From the NCBI GenBank assembly GCA_012295275.1, contig CM022665.1, forward strand, positions 17,174,001-17,238,000: a DNA stretch of 64,000 nucleotides, read 5' to 3'. The stretch comes from Chrysomallon squamiferum. Taxonomy: Eukaryota; Animalia; Mollusca. Positions 1 through 12,460 of this stretch are shown piece after piece. The translations under genes and the position numbers were made by a program. The notes below the pieces were generated by a model. It was not told where the DNA came from, searched no databases, and saw only the letters and a list, made by a program, of their open reading frames with translations. Every line of letters begins with the position of its first letter. The first letter of the stretch is position 1.

Positions 1-295
1 TTTATTAAAGTACGCACTCATATAATTAACATAAGTCATGTATCAGGTTTGTAATGTAACTTATTTATTAAGATGGTCTGCTGTACTCTTCGCCTGTATT
101 ATTTTGACTAATCTCCACGTGAAACACGGCGGTTACACGTTAAACGATGATTAGCTTCTTTATACGCTGATTAACACGAACAAACCAGACAGGCCAGGGG
201 GCGACTGTCTGTTGTTATTGTATATCATCTGTGCAGGCGAGACAGCAAATACGCTAATCGTAAATAGCAGTTTGTACGTGACACAAGCACTGTAG

Positions 296-419
296 TATCG
301 AACTGGATTTAAATATAAGGGCTCACCTTTTCTATCTCGAACTATATATAAGGGCTGACCTCTTGTATCTCGAACTGGATTTATATATAAGGGCTGACCT
401 CTTGCATCTCGAACTGGAT
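296..419. repeat. Short tandem repeat, ~38-bp unit, ~3.3 copies
   Basis: Unit TATCTCGAACTGGATTTATATATAAGGGCTGACCTCTTG recurs head-to-tail with small indels. Confidence 0.85.
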
Positions 420-638
420 GTTTTCTTAAAGGACCTGATTGTTGTTTTATTTTGTTTTTTTCTTTTGTATTCAGCTAGATGATAGCATGAAATTTATTTT
501 ATTTTATTTTATTATTGTTTAAAATAAACCTGGTGGCGAATGTTATACGTTTGAAAAATTTTTGATTTTTTTCATTTTTTATTTTATTTATTTTTTTAAT
601 ATTTTTGAACAGCCCTGAAATCTCGAAATGGATTTAAT

Positions 639-677
<39 letters not shown>

Positions 678-1143
678 CAATATGTCGCTATATAACATCA
701 GTATCTCGAACAAAAGTTTTAATGAAGGTTTAATTAACAAGACCGCTATACCGAAATTCGTTTTATAATTCGTGTACTTTACCTCGTTGCCATAAACGAA
801 ATGTAACTTAAAACGCACATCTAGGAGCCAGTAAGAGAGAAACAAATAATCGATTTTCCATACAAATGAGAATATTGCCTATAAGTTAAACTGTTTGTTT
901 TCAAGATGACATTCACAGACTCTTCGATAAAGTACTTCTTAAAAGACACCTCTCCAAGCATTTCATACGTAACCTAAAATGTTGTGAAGTAATAATCAGA
1001 AATTAGAGCGCGTTTAGACGTATTGCATCATTTAACTGCGTAAAAATTGTAACTAAATATCGACAGATGCTGCAGACTCTGAAATGTAATTAATTCTTAA
1101 CTTGTACATAAATCTTGTTCTAGTAACTACATACCTACAAGTG

Positions 1144-1257
<114 letters not shown>

Positions 1258-2417
1258 ATCGACATATAGAAAAAGAAAGAACGAGACTAACATAGAAAGA
1301 CATTTCTGTTATTTCCAGTGCAGTGGCGTGCAGAAACGATGAGGTGTGGCAGAGGGTGGAGTCATCAAATCAAAGAATTAAATTAAAATTAAGTTTTATG
1401 AAATCTGAAATTATCTTAGTTAATTTCGTTATACAAGCTGACCTACAGTCCAGCTAGCAGGCATCCAACTTAGTTAATGTGTCTATTTCATATTTAATTT
1501 GAGTGAAAAGTTTATTTAATCTGTTTTTACATATTTAAGTTGTCTTCCTTTCTCACATTTCTCAGTACCAGGCCCAATACTGGAGTTAGAGTATTGGGGA
1601 CATACAAGCAAGGAATTGTCAAACCAGTGACTCTTCTAAAACATAAAACTGTAAAATCTTCTCTTTTATCTTGGCCTATATTTTGTGTCGGATGAACATA
1701 TTTATTAGCGAAGATAGAAGAACACAAAATGGAGCAGTGGGTCAAAAGAGAAGTCACACAAAATATGTGTAGAAAGAGATCAAAAGTGTGAAGTTGTAAA
1801 TAAACGCCTATAACAGACAAACTGTTTAAGAGTTAAGCTTCCCTACATACGGCATTATAAATGTTTGGTAAAAGTTAGGTTTCCTGGACTGGAACCAGTC
1901 AAACTATAAATATTCCCACAATGCAAGACTGATTTCTGTTTTTTTAAATTAACTGGGTTTTTTTTGTTTTGTTGTTTTTTTACTTCATTGTCAGAAACGT
2001 AATAAATTATTTAGAATAGACTCGTACCTCCATATGGTAAACTGAATAAACAATTAATTTTGTAAATCGAGAAAACATTGGTGTGATAGATATACATATA
2101 TCCATTAGGTACATTTCTAGGTCAAGTAATTACTAATGGTATACATTGTAGAGTTAGAAAAAACGATGAAAAATCAGCGTTTAACGACACCTAAACACAG
2201 TTAAATATTTACACTTGTTATTGGACGCCAAACACGGTCGTGGTTTTATTTAAATACGATACGTGAGTCTAAACGGGCTGTCAATGTGACAAACGAACAG
2301 AAACCACCGAAGTAATTATTATTCTCACTTGTCTGTTATTACACTAATTAGATTTTGTGATTTAGTGAGTAAGTGTCTTCGGCTTACTGTTGTACCAAAC
2401 TAAGCGAAGAAATATTT

Positions 2418-2441
2418 TCAGAACTGATATCTCTGTGACTG

Positions 2442-2535
<94 letters not shown>
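2418..2535 (+). repeat. Dispersed repeat end followed by (CT)n, copy 1
   Basis: TCAGAACTGATATCTCTGTGACTGAAGT followed by (CT)n; 25/28 identical to 17204-17231, which also precedes a (CT)n tract. Confidence 0.7.
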
Positions 2536-2538
<3 letters not shown>

Positions 2539-3530
2539 GCTCATTGTCATACGTACAAACAAAAACAAATAGCAATGAACTCTGTCAACCTTTAAGATCT
2601 TAATCTAATTCCCACACAGATTTCCATAAAGCTCATCTTCGTAAAAAATTATTTTACTACCCATCGCCAGGGACATTCATAAAAATGACTACCATTACTG
2701 TATAAGCCACGCACATAGTCTGAGGTCGTAATTATTTCCCTTTAGACTCTCCAACGTTTATGCCCAAATTAGGAGATCGTTGACATTTGATCAGTCAAAG
2801 CGGGTAACGCAAAAACGAAAGAACACGACTAAGTTTTTTAAGACTGTCGTGAAATCTGTGATCGATTTAAACATGCCGGTGACTTACGTTTGAGATTCTG
2901 CAGAGACTCTGTGTGCTGTGCTTTACCAGACAGTCAAGGCATATCACCTGGCATAAAATCTAAACTAATCCTGCCTCATTCCGTAAAGCCCAGATGCTAG
3001 GAAACTGATATTAATGACAGAAACCGTTTACGACCTCTCAGTAATACTTAGTAATCTTGTTCTTAAAGCGGGATCTAGGAAACACGGTGGAGAAAATAAG
3101 AACGCGTTTTGTTTACAAATAACTGTCGACAGCGGCCTAGGAGAAACAAGATAAATGAAAAGTAATCTCCGATTTAACAGATAGAGTAGATAAACAGAAC
3201 AGCTACTCAGTGGTGTGATAAAATGATGGTCAAAATCCTGTGTGTCCGTAAACATTGATGTGAACAAATATGTTGAGATATTCAAAAAGTAAGTCCATTC
3301 CAGACCTTCTTAAACCTTAAATGTTAGTCGAAAGTTTTATTGATCAGGTTAATTTATGACAAGCTAAATTATTATCATCATCATCATCATTATCATCATC
3401 ATTATTTCCTTATTATTATTATTATTATTATTACACGCTAAAGCGTACACAGATGCACACAGACATAGATATACCCACATACATACAAACATACATATAT
3501 ACAAATACAAAAATATACATACATACATAA

Positions 3531-3810
3531 CATCGTCCGCCTTCGGACCGCGGGCGAATGGGTGCCATACGTTCGAGTCTCGTCAGTGAGTTTGTGAGGT
3601 TCTGAACGGAGTTTGTCCTCCTGCGTCAGTGTGTTCTCGAATGTTGTCTGTGTGCAGAGTCTAATCAGACGTACATAGGACAGAGAATATTCAAAATCCT
3701 AAAACTACATACATATATAGAGCAAAATACATACATACGTACATACATACATACATACGTACATATATACATTGATACATGCATACATACATAAGTATAC
3801 ACATACATAT
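3531..3810 (+). mobile_element. SINE-like element with (TACA)n tail, copy 1
   Basis: Homologous to 31720-31970, sharing GGGTGCCATA-y-GTTCRAGTCTCGTCAG and an identical TTGTCTGTGTGCAGAGTCTAATCAGA. Has a Pol III B-box-like GTTCGAGTC at 3571-3579 and a simple-repeat tail. Confidence 0.75.
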
Positions 3811-5033
3811 TCATCTTTTCTTATCTGTCTCTTTATTTATTTATTTATTTTTTCTTGTTTAAATTGCTGTCCAGAGAATACGGTTAATTTGTACAATCAT
3901 TTATCAGTTCTGTGTTGTTACAGTGATTTATCAGATCTCGACAAAAACAAAAGCGTAATCGCACAGGGACAGCAAAGTTAGAACCTTGACGTGGTTTAAC
4001 TGAGCGTGTCATAAATCATTTCAACAGCAGACGTAAACGAATTCATTCTCAAATCACTGCTATTCAGAATTTGTATATAAATATGTTTGTAAACCGAACA
4101 CTTTTAAAATTCAAAGTTTCATTCGTCTGTTCATTCATCCATTCATTCGTTCATTCATGCTTTCTTATGGTTTTTTTTTTTGTGTGTGTGTATATATGTG
4201 TATATCGTGCGCTCGCTTAGACCTCAGATTCAGTGCAATCTACTACAATGCGGCTATTAACACAGTTCCAGTTCAAGCTACCGCACCCAGTTTAATTCAT
4301 CAAAATACTTTTTTCTTCTCTCTTCAAAAGTTCACGCTAAATATTTGTAAATACTAATAATTTAAAACTAATGAAAATATATCGACAGAGAGTTTCCTCT
4401 CTCACAAAACTATTACAAAATAAAACGCCTGACAATTGATACAGAAACACTCTTTAGTTTAAATGCTAAATGAACTTCATGTATGTGTGTATACATATAA
4501 ACACGTACATACATATGTGTTTAATAATTGAGAGCAATTTAATACTTGTATTAACAGACAAAGAAGGAAATGTACTCATAACCCCCCAACCCCCCCCCAA
4601 AAAAAACCCACATATATTATTCGATTATAAAATTAACTGGCATTTCTCCTTAAATTTAATTAATTTATTTTCAGCTTGATTTAATTTAATTCAGTTGAAT
4701 ATGTTTATAAAACAGATGATAAAATATAAACTTATTTTCTATCGACATCTCTTTCAGTCTGTCTGTATGTATATTTGTTTTTAAGTCTTAACATTAAGAT
4801 AAATGCTTACACAAAGAAAAACTGATGATATTTAAGATAAATACCGTTTCTCAGTCTTTATTTCATACACTTGGCAAATCCTGAATTGATTGCGTATATT
4901 TCACTAGTTATCTCTGATTGCCTGAGTGTATATCCAGCCCTCGATATCAGAGCACCAACTTGAAACGCTGTCTGTAGAATTGCAGGCTATCTGATTTGTC
5001 GAGTACAGGCAAGGCGCACAGCATTCACAACGA

Positions 5034-5066
5034 CCAATGAATAAAGCCGCAGAACGCTACGATTGG
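5034..5066. promoter_or_regulatory. Pair of oppositely oriented CCAAT boxes upstream of the GPCR ORF
   Basis: CCAAT at 5034-5038 and ATTGG at 5062-5066, 28 bp apart and 120-150 bp before the ATG. Motif match only; the TSS is unknown. Confidence 0.25.
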
Positions 5067-5184
5067 CTGATCGATATATTTCAAATATCTCAGACGTAAC
5101 CTGAACAAAGTAGAGAAGAGTACGAAGACTGAATGATGAACACGGGACACATAAAACACACGTGAAGTTACAGAAGTAAGGAAA

Positions 5185-6405
5185 ATGGATGTAAGTTCAA
5201 GACTGCCAGGAGTGATGAACTCGGAGCAGACGCTCACGTACAACAGCGACACCCTTTTGCCTAACATCACACTGTGGAATGCTCCTCCTCAAAATCAGAC
5301 TCTGACGGAACAAGTAAATGTTTCACATTCGCGTTTCCCTCCTGGACGACCGGATTTCAAACCAACCCCTTTACTGTTGTTCGCTATAGAGCTAGAGAAA
5401 ACGGGCATGCCATTTGCTGTCGCTATAGGTATTACGGGAAATATTTTCGTGATTATTACTTTTCTTGCTACTCCGTTGATGAAACATCCACTAAGCAACT
5501 ACTTCGCGGCTATAGGAGTTTCTGATCTCGCCTATCTCATCAGCTCTGTAATTGTGTGGAGTTCCATCCGTGGATTTAACATCTACAACAAAATTGGTTT
5601 CTGTCAGCTCACAACATACGTTTTGTTTTTGTCCAGTTTCCTGGCAGTCTGGTACATTGTTTCAGCTCATGTTGAGCGCTGTATGTGGCATTTTAGCTCT
5701 CGTAGACGTAAAAAGTGGTGTACGGCTTTTAGATCTAAATGTATTATAATCCTGATTGCCATATTTTCAATGGTGGCCTATTTGTACTGCTTATGGACGT
5801 ACATAGTGATGACATTCTGCATACCGTTTCCAGAGAGTGAGGTTCACATAAGAAACTTGAGAAAAGTTGACATAGTTTTCTCAGCACTTATTCCAATGAT
5901 TATTATTGCATGTCTCGACATGGCCTTACTTTTAAAATACATCTGTATCAGATGTTTCAACAGGGACGACGGCGTCTCCACATCACGATCTGTGAGGATG
6001 TCGACCCGAGTCAGTCTCGCTTTAGAGAACACAAACTCCGTCGACCTTTCGACTGAAAATTCCATGGCAACGAGGACCTGTGTTGCCGCGGGCATTCTGT
6101 ACATAGGCATGATCTTGCCTTCCGTGTACCTCCGGGCAAACAGGCAGTTTGACAACAGGGAAAACCCCATCCCGACCGTCAGGGAAGCTGAACTCATGAA
6201 ACTTTTTGAATTAATAGTGATTTTTAACGCTGTTTATAAGTTCTTTCTCTACGTCCTTCTACTTAGAAGCTTCAGACGAGCGCTGAAGTTGCTATGCACA
6301 CGATGCTGTAAAATAAAACGACCAAAGAAATCTGATTCCCATTACGTGTCTTGTTGTACCAGAGAAAAAACCGAATCTCCAACTAATGGCAACGAGTACG
6401 TATAA
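5185..6405 (+). CDS. Class A (rhodopsin-like) GPCR, FMRFamide/peptide-receptor-like orphan, intronless CDS, 406 aa
   Basis: Seven hydrophobic segments with class A landmarks: N-terminal sequons NIT/NQT/NVS, TM1 GITGN, TM2 AIGVSD, TM3 Cys (FCQ) plus ECL2 Cys (FCIP), TM3 end W...VERC (DRY equivalent), ICL2 CTxxRxK, TM5 LIP, TM6 ILP, TM7 N...KFFLY, helix 8 SFRRAL and a Cys cluster. The WxxVxxxxER, CTxxR and FxLY...FR pattern is typical of invertebrate FMRFamide-receptor-like/Srw-type receptors. Higher GC than flanks; start context AAAATGG. Confidence 0.94.
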   Translation: MDVSSRLPGVMNSEQTLTYNSDTLLPNITLWNAPPQNQTLTEQVNVSHSRFPPGRPDFKPTPLLLFAIELEKTGMPFAVAIGITGNIFVIITFLATPLMKHPLSNYFAAIGVSDLAYLISSVIVWSSIRGFNIYNKIGFCQLTTYVLFLSSFLAVWYIVSAHVERCMWHFSSRRRKKWCTAFRSKCIIILIAIFSMVAYLYCLWTYIVMTFCIPFPESEVHIRNLRKVDIVFSALIPMIIIACLDMALLLKYICIRCFNRDDGVSTSRSVRMSTRVSLALENTNSVDLSTENSMATRTCVAAGILYIGMILPSVYLRANRQFDNRENPIPTVREAELMKLFELIVIFNAVYKFFLYVLLLRSFRRALKLLCTRCCKIKRPKKSDSHYVSCCTREKTESPTNGNEYV

Positions 6406-6463
6406 AATTATGAGAACGAATCGTTTATTGATTCTTTTGTGCTTCAGAATATATATTTAAAAC

Positions 6464-6469
6464 AATAAA
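6464..6469 (+). promoter_or_regulatory. Candidate polyadenylation signal of the GPCR
   Basis: AATAAA ~60 nt after the stop, followed by GT/T-rich sequence. More AATAAA near 6710-6730; the motif is common in AT-rich DNA. Confidence 0.3.
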
Positions 6470-6663
6470 TAAGGAAAGATTCCTCGTACTGTATTGCTTG
6501 CTGAACTTGTAAATACAGATTTGTTTGTCGTGACGTTTATTTTTTGAATATTATCGAAAATCTTGTTTCAAATTTGGTCTGTTATATTATACAGTGACTT
6601 GTTGTTAATGTTGTTGTTGTTGTTATTATTGTTATTATCATCAACATTATCATTATTATTTAC

Positions 6664-6702
<39 letters not shown>

Positions 6703-7189
6703 GAAAATCAAATAAATCATTGAATAAAATTATGCTATTTTCGTAATTTGTTTAGTAAATTTATATACAGTCTATAATTATGATGGAAAAAAAATAATTA
6801 AAAAATCAATAAATCAATACTTATAACTTGTAATTTGCTGGAGAAACTACGTAACATATCAGCCCATCTGAACATTTTTATATTTCTTTATTCGCGACAC
6901 CTTTGTGTACATCCGACACAGCATATAGTCCTCTCTCGAACAGACGACATTTCTATTTTAACATGGTCACTAATTGTTTGAGGATTTAGTTATTACCTGG
7001 AGGAATGAAGGATGGACGGATAATTTTTTTTTTTTTCATCCAGATTTCAAGAAAGGATACTATCCAATAAGGACATACATGTTGGATAATGAAATATTCT
7101 TAGGAATTAAAATACATCGTTTCAGGTAAGCTGAACGTTCAGAATTAAAGTTCAGTTATCTATTTCTTATTTGCTTAATTCAAGCACGT

Positions 7190-7795
7190 TTGTGATAAAC
7201 CCAAGATTCAGAATAGTTATTTGCCCTTGTTGATGTTAAGAGTATTATTTGAGGAACGAAAATTCAAAAGCTTTAGAAGTCTAAGTTCTTTGCCAAAGTA
7301 ATATTAGTCTATTAGATAAATTGTTAAAAATTGTTTATAAAAATTAAAAGAAGCAAAAGGCTTGTGAAGCTAATAGATGATAATTGAGAAAAGCGAAAGG
7401 TTTAGAAGCAAGAGTTCTTTGTCGAAGGCGATGTTAGTGTGTTAAATTAGTAGTGAAAAAACCACAAGTTCAGAAGTTTAAATCCTTTATTCTAGGCGAT
7501 CTTTGCTGAGTTTTGAAAAAGTACAGCATTCAGAAGCTAACATTCTTCGCTCTGTGTCATGTTAGAATTTTATTTGAGGAGTGAAAATGCAACAGGTTTA
7601 GGAGCCTAAGTTCTTTGCCCTAGGCGGTGTTAGTGTTATTTGAGTAGTCAAAAAGCCAAAGATTTAAAAGTGTAATTTCTTTGCCATAGGCGATGTTAGG
7701 TGAATAGTGTAAAACGCGAAAAGTTTTAGAAGCTAAAATTGATTGCTATAGATCATGTTAGTGTGTTAGACGTTTGGTGAAAAGCGCGAAGAGTA
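7190..7795. repeat. Degenerate minisatellite, ~60-bp unit, ~9-10 copies
   Basis: Recurring consensus-like TTTAGAAGCTAAGTTCTTTGCC..AGGCGATGTTAGTGTTATTTGAGTAGTGAAAA at ~60-bp spacing. Confidence 0.85.
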
Positions 7796-8481
7796 AAGAG
7801 GTTTTACCTTTCACCAATTAACTCAGGATATAATCAAGTAAAAGCATTCGAATTTTCTATTTTTAAAAGCAGTTGTGTCACCATGACTGATAACCTGTTC
7901 TGAAGTTGTATGAAGAACCCACTCAAAGCTGAATGTGAGATGAACACTCTATCAGAGTACACAAGTAAACTTGTCCTAGAGGTTAGATGGCTAATATGAC
8001 TATGGTATTGACAGTTTTATTTAGAAGTACGGCTTCAAAATGATTTTTAAAAAAGCCTAAAATCAATCAAAAGAAAATCTGCATCAGAGGAAACTACAAT
8101 TAAAAGATCGATAGCTAATAATCAATAAGTAAATGGTTTATTGTTTCTACTCTCAATTTAATTTTATTTATAAACTTTTTTATTTATACTAATGGCAGTT
8201 AACAGTACTGATGTATAGTTAAACAATCTTTCATTCAGACAGCTAGACAGTAATTCAGCTAGTCAGTCAGTCAGTCAGTTGATTATACATTTATCAGTCA
8301 GTTATTATACATTTAGTTTCTTCTTAAATTATGCTTAAGGCTAAAAACATCAGTCAAATGTACTAATTTTGATCATATCATTCTTAATCTATGAACAAGT
8401 AAGTTTCGTGGTCAGATAATATTCGAAACCGATTCTTTCTAAATCTGTTAATATTAATTCAAACAATCACCACATCCCTAG

Positions 8482-8942
8482 CAGGGGCGGATCTTGTAAG
8501 AAACTAAAGAAGGTTAAGTTAGGTGCTCCAGAAGTGACTTTAGTACAAATTGCTTAACAATTTTAATCCAAAACAAGGTTAAATTTTTAAAAGATTTATG
8601 GTGATTGACCTATGATGGAACGAGCCTGCTGAAGAAAATGATAGTGATTACACAGACCTCATTGCTAGTTCAAACTTCTGGGCTCCAAAAATGTAGGTCC
8701 GCCCAGAAGTGAATCTTTACTGAAACAAACGACGCTTACGTTTCAGGGCTACTAAACTTAGAGGGGTCCCAGAAGCAACTTTAGTCCTCATGACTTCAAA
8801 ATTTTAATCAAAATCTGTTTGAAATCTCTTACGTAACCAGCCACAGAAGATAACCATAGTTACCCAGACCTCGTTGCTGCTCGTGAATGGCCCCCGTAAC
8901 AGTTCAAGCTTCAGTGCCACAACAAATGTAGGTCCGCAACTG
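8482..8942 (+). mobile_element. Head-to-tail dimer of a ~230-bp MITE (CAGGGGCGGATCT...AGGTCCGCCnCTG termini, hAT-like)
   Basis: Copy A is 8482-8703 and copy B 8704-8942. Both contain AATTTTAATC.AAA, CAGACCTC.TTGCT and AAATGTAGGTCCGC. The left end CAGGGGCGGATCT is an imperfect inverted repeat of the right ends. A third copy lies at 52739-53004. No TSD visible. Confidence 0.75.
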
Positions 8943-10429
8943 GATCTACCACATCTCCTCAGCTGTAAAGATAACAAAACGAAGTAAGTATCGCTTGAAA
9001 CGGAATCTGGTACTAACTCTCGGTTTTAAACATGTATCCTTACACTTAACTGTTATTGATGACTGTTTCTAAATGTACAATCAGTCTGGATATTTTCACG
9101 ATCTTTTGCAGCAGTTCATAACATTTTTCAGTTATATAATATCTGTTTCTTTTTATTAACAAAAAATATCCAAATATATTTGCTTAAAAAAAAAGAAGAA
9201 GAAAAACTTGTAACCGCTACATGATTTTGAATAATTTAGCTACAGCCTTACTGTAGTAAATCTAAGAGCAAACAAAACTGTGATCTCCTTTTAATCTTGT
9301 TCCTGTATGTTCACCTAAAATCCGCTTGTAGGATGCCAATTTATGTTCTTTCATACCTACGAGAAGGCATATGTAAAACATCCATTACTGCTAATCAAAA
9401 ATGTATTGCAAATTGTCTGATGAATTTTTTTGTTTGTTATGTTTGTGGTTCTATTTATCATGATTATGTTTGCATCAAATATATGTTGTCTTTATTTTGT
9501 CTTTATTATTATTATATGATATTATGTTACATGGTATATATATATATCTACATACATATACAGATATATAGATATATGTATGTATGTATACATATACATA
9601 CTATTTTATTATTTCAATCATTTCCATAAATATTTTGTTATCATTACTTACTGATTTATTTCCATATTGTCGTTATCATTATTATTTTCAATCTCTCTCT
9701 CGTATAAAAGATAAATAAATCCATCCCTCGTATTTGCTCGGTGTTTTTTTTTTTATAAAAAAAAGGAAGGTAATAATAAGATTTTGCAGTTGACATTTTC
9801 CTTACGCTAAATGGTGCGGCACTGTAGTGTTCATTACAACGATGACTGCTTTTTAAGCGAAAGCGAAACCATTCCGAGATTCATTGTAGCGTACAATAGA
9901 ATTCATTAATGCAAATACGAAAAATAATTAATTTTAGTTACGTATGATACATTTCATTAGACTGAACAGACAAGCTATATACTGAACTAAGTTATTTAAG
10001 GATGTTGTGAAGAAAGAAAACAAAGGATTATGTCAAATATTTATGACTTAGGGTTTTTTGTTTTTCCGATATTTAAACTTTTCTATAGATTTATTTATAT
10101 AAAGAATACTGTTTAAATATAAAAAGAAAAATTAAAATTTCATCTCATAATTAAATTTGTAATATATATTTATGATTGGTGTAATATTTAAAATGTCACA
10201 GTATTTTTTGTCTCTTTTGTTTAGGGTCTGTCTGTCTTTTTTTTTGTTGTCTTTTTTGTTTTCGGTAATATTTTGTTACAAGTATATTGGATATTATGTT
10301 CTATTAGGCTGGTCTCTTAAACAAATAATATGGCTGTCTTTTATATTCGTAACAACTGTCGTTAAGGGATAGAAACAGATATTAACGAAAAAGAAAAAGA
10401 AAAGAAAAGAAAAGAAAGATTGTTCCTAA

Positions 10430-10680
10430 AAATATTTACCTTAGAAATCTAGATCTATATAATTTCACTTATATCGAAAAACAAAATAAGAATCGATTCA
10501 CTGTATAATATCGTTTCTTATCTAGTTCTGTTTATCGATCAAATCTGTAGGATCGATTTATTTACAATGTCAACGGTATAGATAATCTCGGGAAACCATA
10601 TGAAATCGATTTTATCGCTACTGTCGGCTAGTACTTGATACTGGCAATATCTGAAGGATCGATTAAATCTATAATTTTGT
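10430..10680. repeat. Highly degenerate tandem repeat rich in ATCGAT/ATCT
   Basis: Repeated AATCGATT / GATCGATT / TATCGAT motifs at fairly regular spacing. Confidence 0.45.
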
Positions 10681-11202
10681 TATCTCAGTCCTCGACGTAA
10701 TAAAATTTATGTTAAAAAAAAATAAAAAAAATAAAAAAACTATTTCTTGTTCCGTGAACTGAAAAGTAATAAAAGATTTTCTAAAACTTTAATCAATGCA
10801 CTGTCTAAATTAGTTCGTTTATTAACTTTAAAAATGCTGAGTATATTCAAAATAAAATTAAATTAATTTCCTCAGGGAAACTGAGAAATTTGAAATGATT
10901 AAAATTACTTTTATTCAAACCGAAAACTAAAATTTTAATATTATTTATTCTCTTAAAAAAAAATAATAATAAAAAAAAAAAAGAAAGAAAGAAAAAGAAA
11001 GAAAAGAAAAGAAAAAAAATGATAGAAAAAGAAAGAAAGAAAAAGAAACAACTGCAATGAGACGAAAAATTCCACAATATAATGATTTTTTTTTTTCTAA
11101 AAATTAAGTTAGAATTTTATTAATATTATTGACGTCACTAGAACATGAATGATTTTCACAAGCCGCTCAAGTTCGTTAGGTTGCAATTTGATCACAGGAA
11201 AC

Positions 11203-11267
<65 letters not shown>
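11203..11267. repeat. (AAT)n microsatellite
   Basis: Directly visible. Confidence 0.97.
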
Positions 11268-11268
<1 letters not shown>

Positions 11269-12056
11269 TCGAGATGAATTATCACCTTGGAGAAAATCAG
11301 ACAGTTAAATCATTCAAGGAAAACTTGCTATATCTCTAAGCCCAGATGCTGCACCCACTGAGATATATCCCATTCCAACATGTACCCTTCGATTTGTTTA
11401 CTACTGACCGCAGTTGGTCTATGCATTTCTGTCCTTGATACGCTGTTTATAAAAGTTAACTTACTTTCTGAAACATGAAAGACAGTATATAGTTTCTCTG
11501 TATACGCATTAGATAGATTAAATGTAAAGAAAAGAAGAAAAAGAAGAAGAAGAAAAAAAGCCTCAATACCGATATATTAACAGAATAAGACTAAAAAAAA
11601 AACAGTGATAAAAGCATAGTTTGCAAAGATATGTTGCCGCCCAGTCTCGTATTGCTGTTTCAGTAAATGAATGAATGTTTAACAACACAACAGCAGAAGA
11701 ACACATCGGTTGCTAAGTGTTAAACACAGGTAAACGTCAATGTAATTATGTTACTGGTAATTTGTATTGACACAAAGTTTTCTGCTGAATAAGTGTTGTC
11801 GAAACAAGCCTTTATCAGGCAGTGATTCTGTGACAGAACAAGTCGTTCATCCATCAGTTTACTGTGTTGCCTAGAACTGCAGGCAGATGACAGTCAGGTT
11901 ACAGAGTTCTAATAATGTGGCATAAATTATTCTGCGTTAAAAAGTGTGATTATTTAAGTCTCGATTCTATTGTTTGGGGGATTTACACTGTGTTTATCTT
12001 TATGAATGCTACTTCTCATAAATGCGCTATCTTTCTGTCTCCGTCTCTCTCGCGCT

Positions 12057-12191
12057 GTGTGTGTGTGTGTGTGTGTGTGTATCTGTCTGTATGTGTGTGT
12101 TTTATAATAATATGTCTGTTTGTGTATAAATCCCTTGCTCCTCTGACTTTCTTTCTGAGTTTATGTTTCTTTCTCTTATTCGCTCCCCACT

Positions 12192-12289
<98 letters not shown>

Positions 12290-12460
12290 CGATCGATCGA
12301 TCGATCGATATATCTATTTATCTGTCTGTCTGCCTGTATGTCTGCCTGTCTGACTGTCTATCTATCTATCTATCTATCTATCTATTTATCTGTCTATATG
12401 TATGTGTGTATATCTGGTCTGTCTGTTTTTGTCTATCTGTCCGTCTGTCTGTCTATCTTC
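12057..12460. repeat. Compound simple repeats (GT)n, (CT)n, (GATC)n, (TCTA)n/(TCTG)n
   Basis: Directly visible. Confidence 0.93.

Noticed and set aside
5844-6197. 117-aa antisense ORF and other alternative-frame ORFs overlapping the GPCR
   Set aside because: Shadow ORFs of a GC-richer coding region; no independent signals.
7190-7795. Regularly spaced repeats resembling a CRISPR array (also 24265-24530 and 57690-57975)
   Set aside because: Whole units are homologous and degenerate, with no unique spacers and no cas genes; the DNA is eukaryotic.
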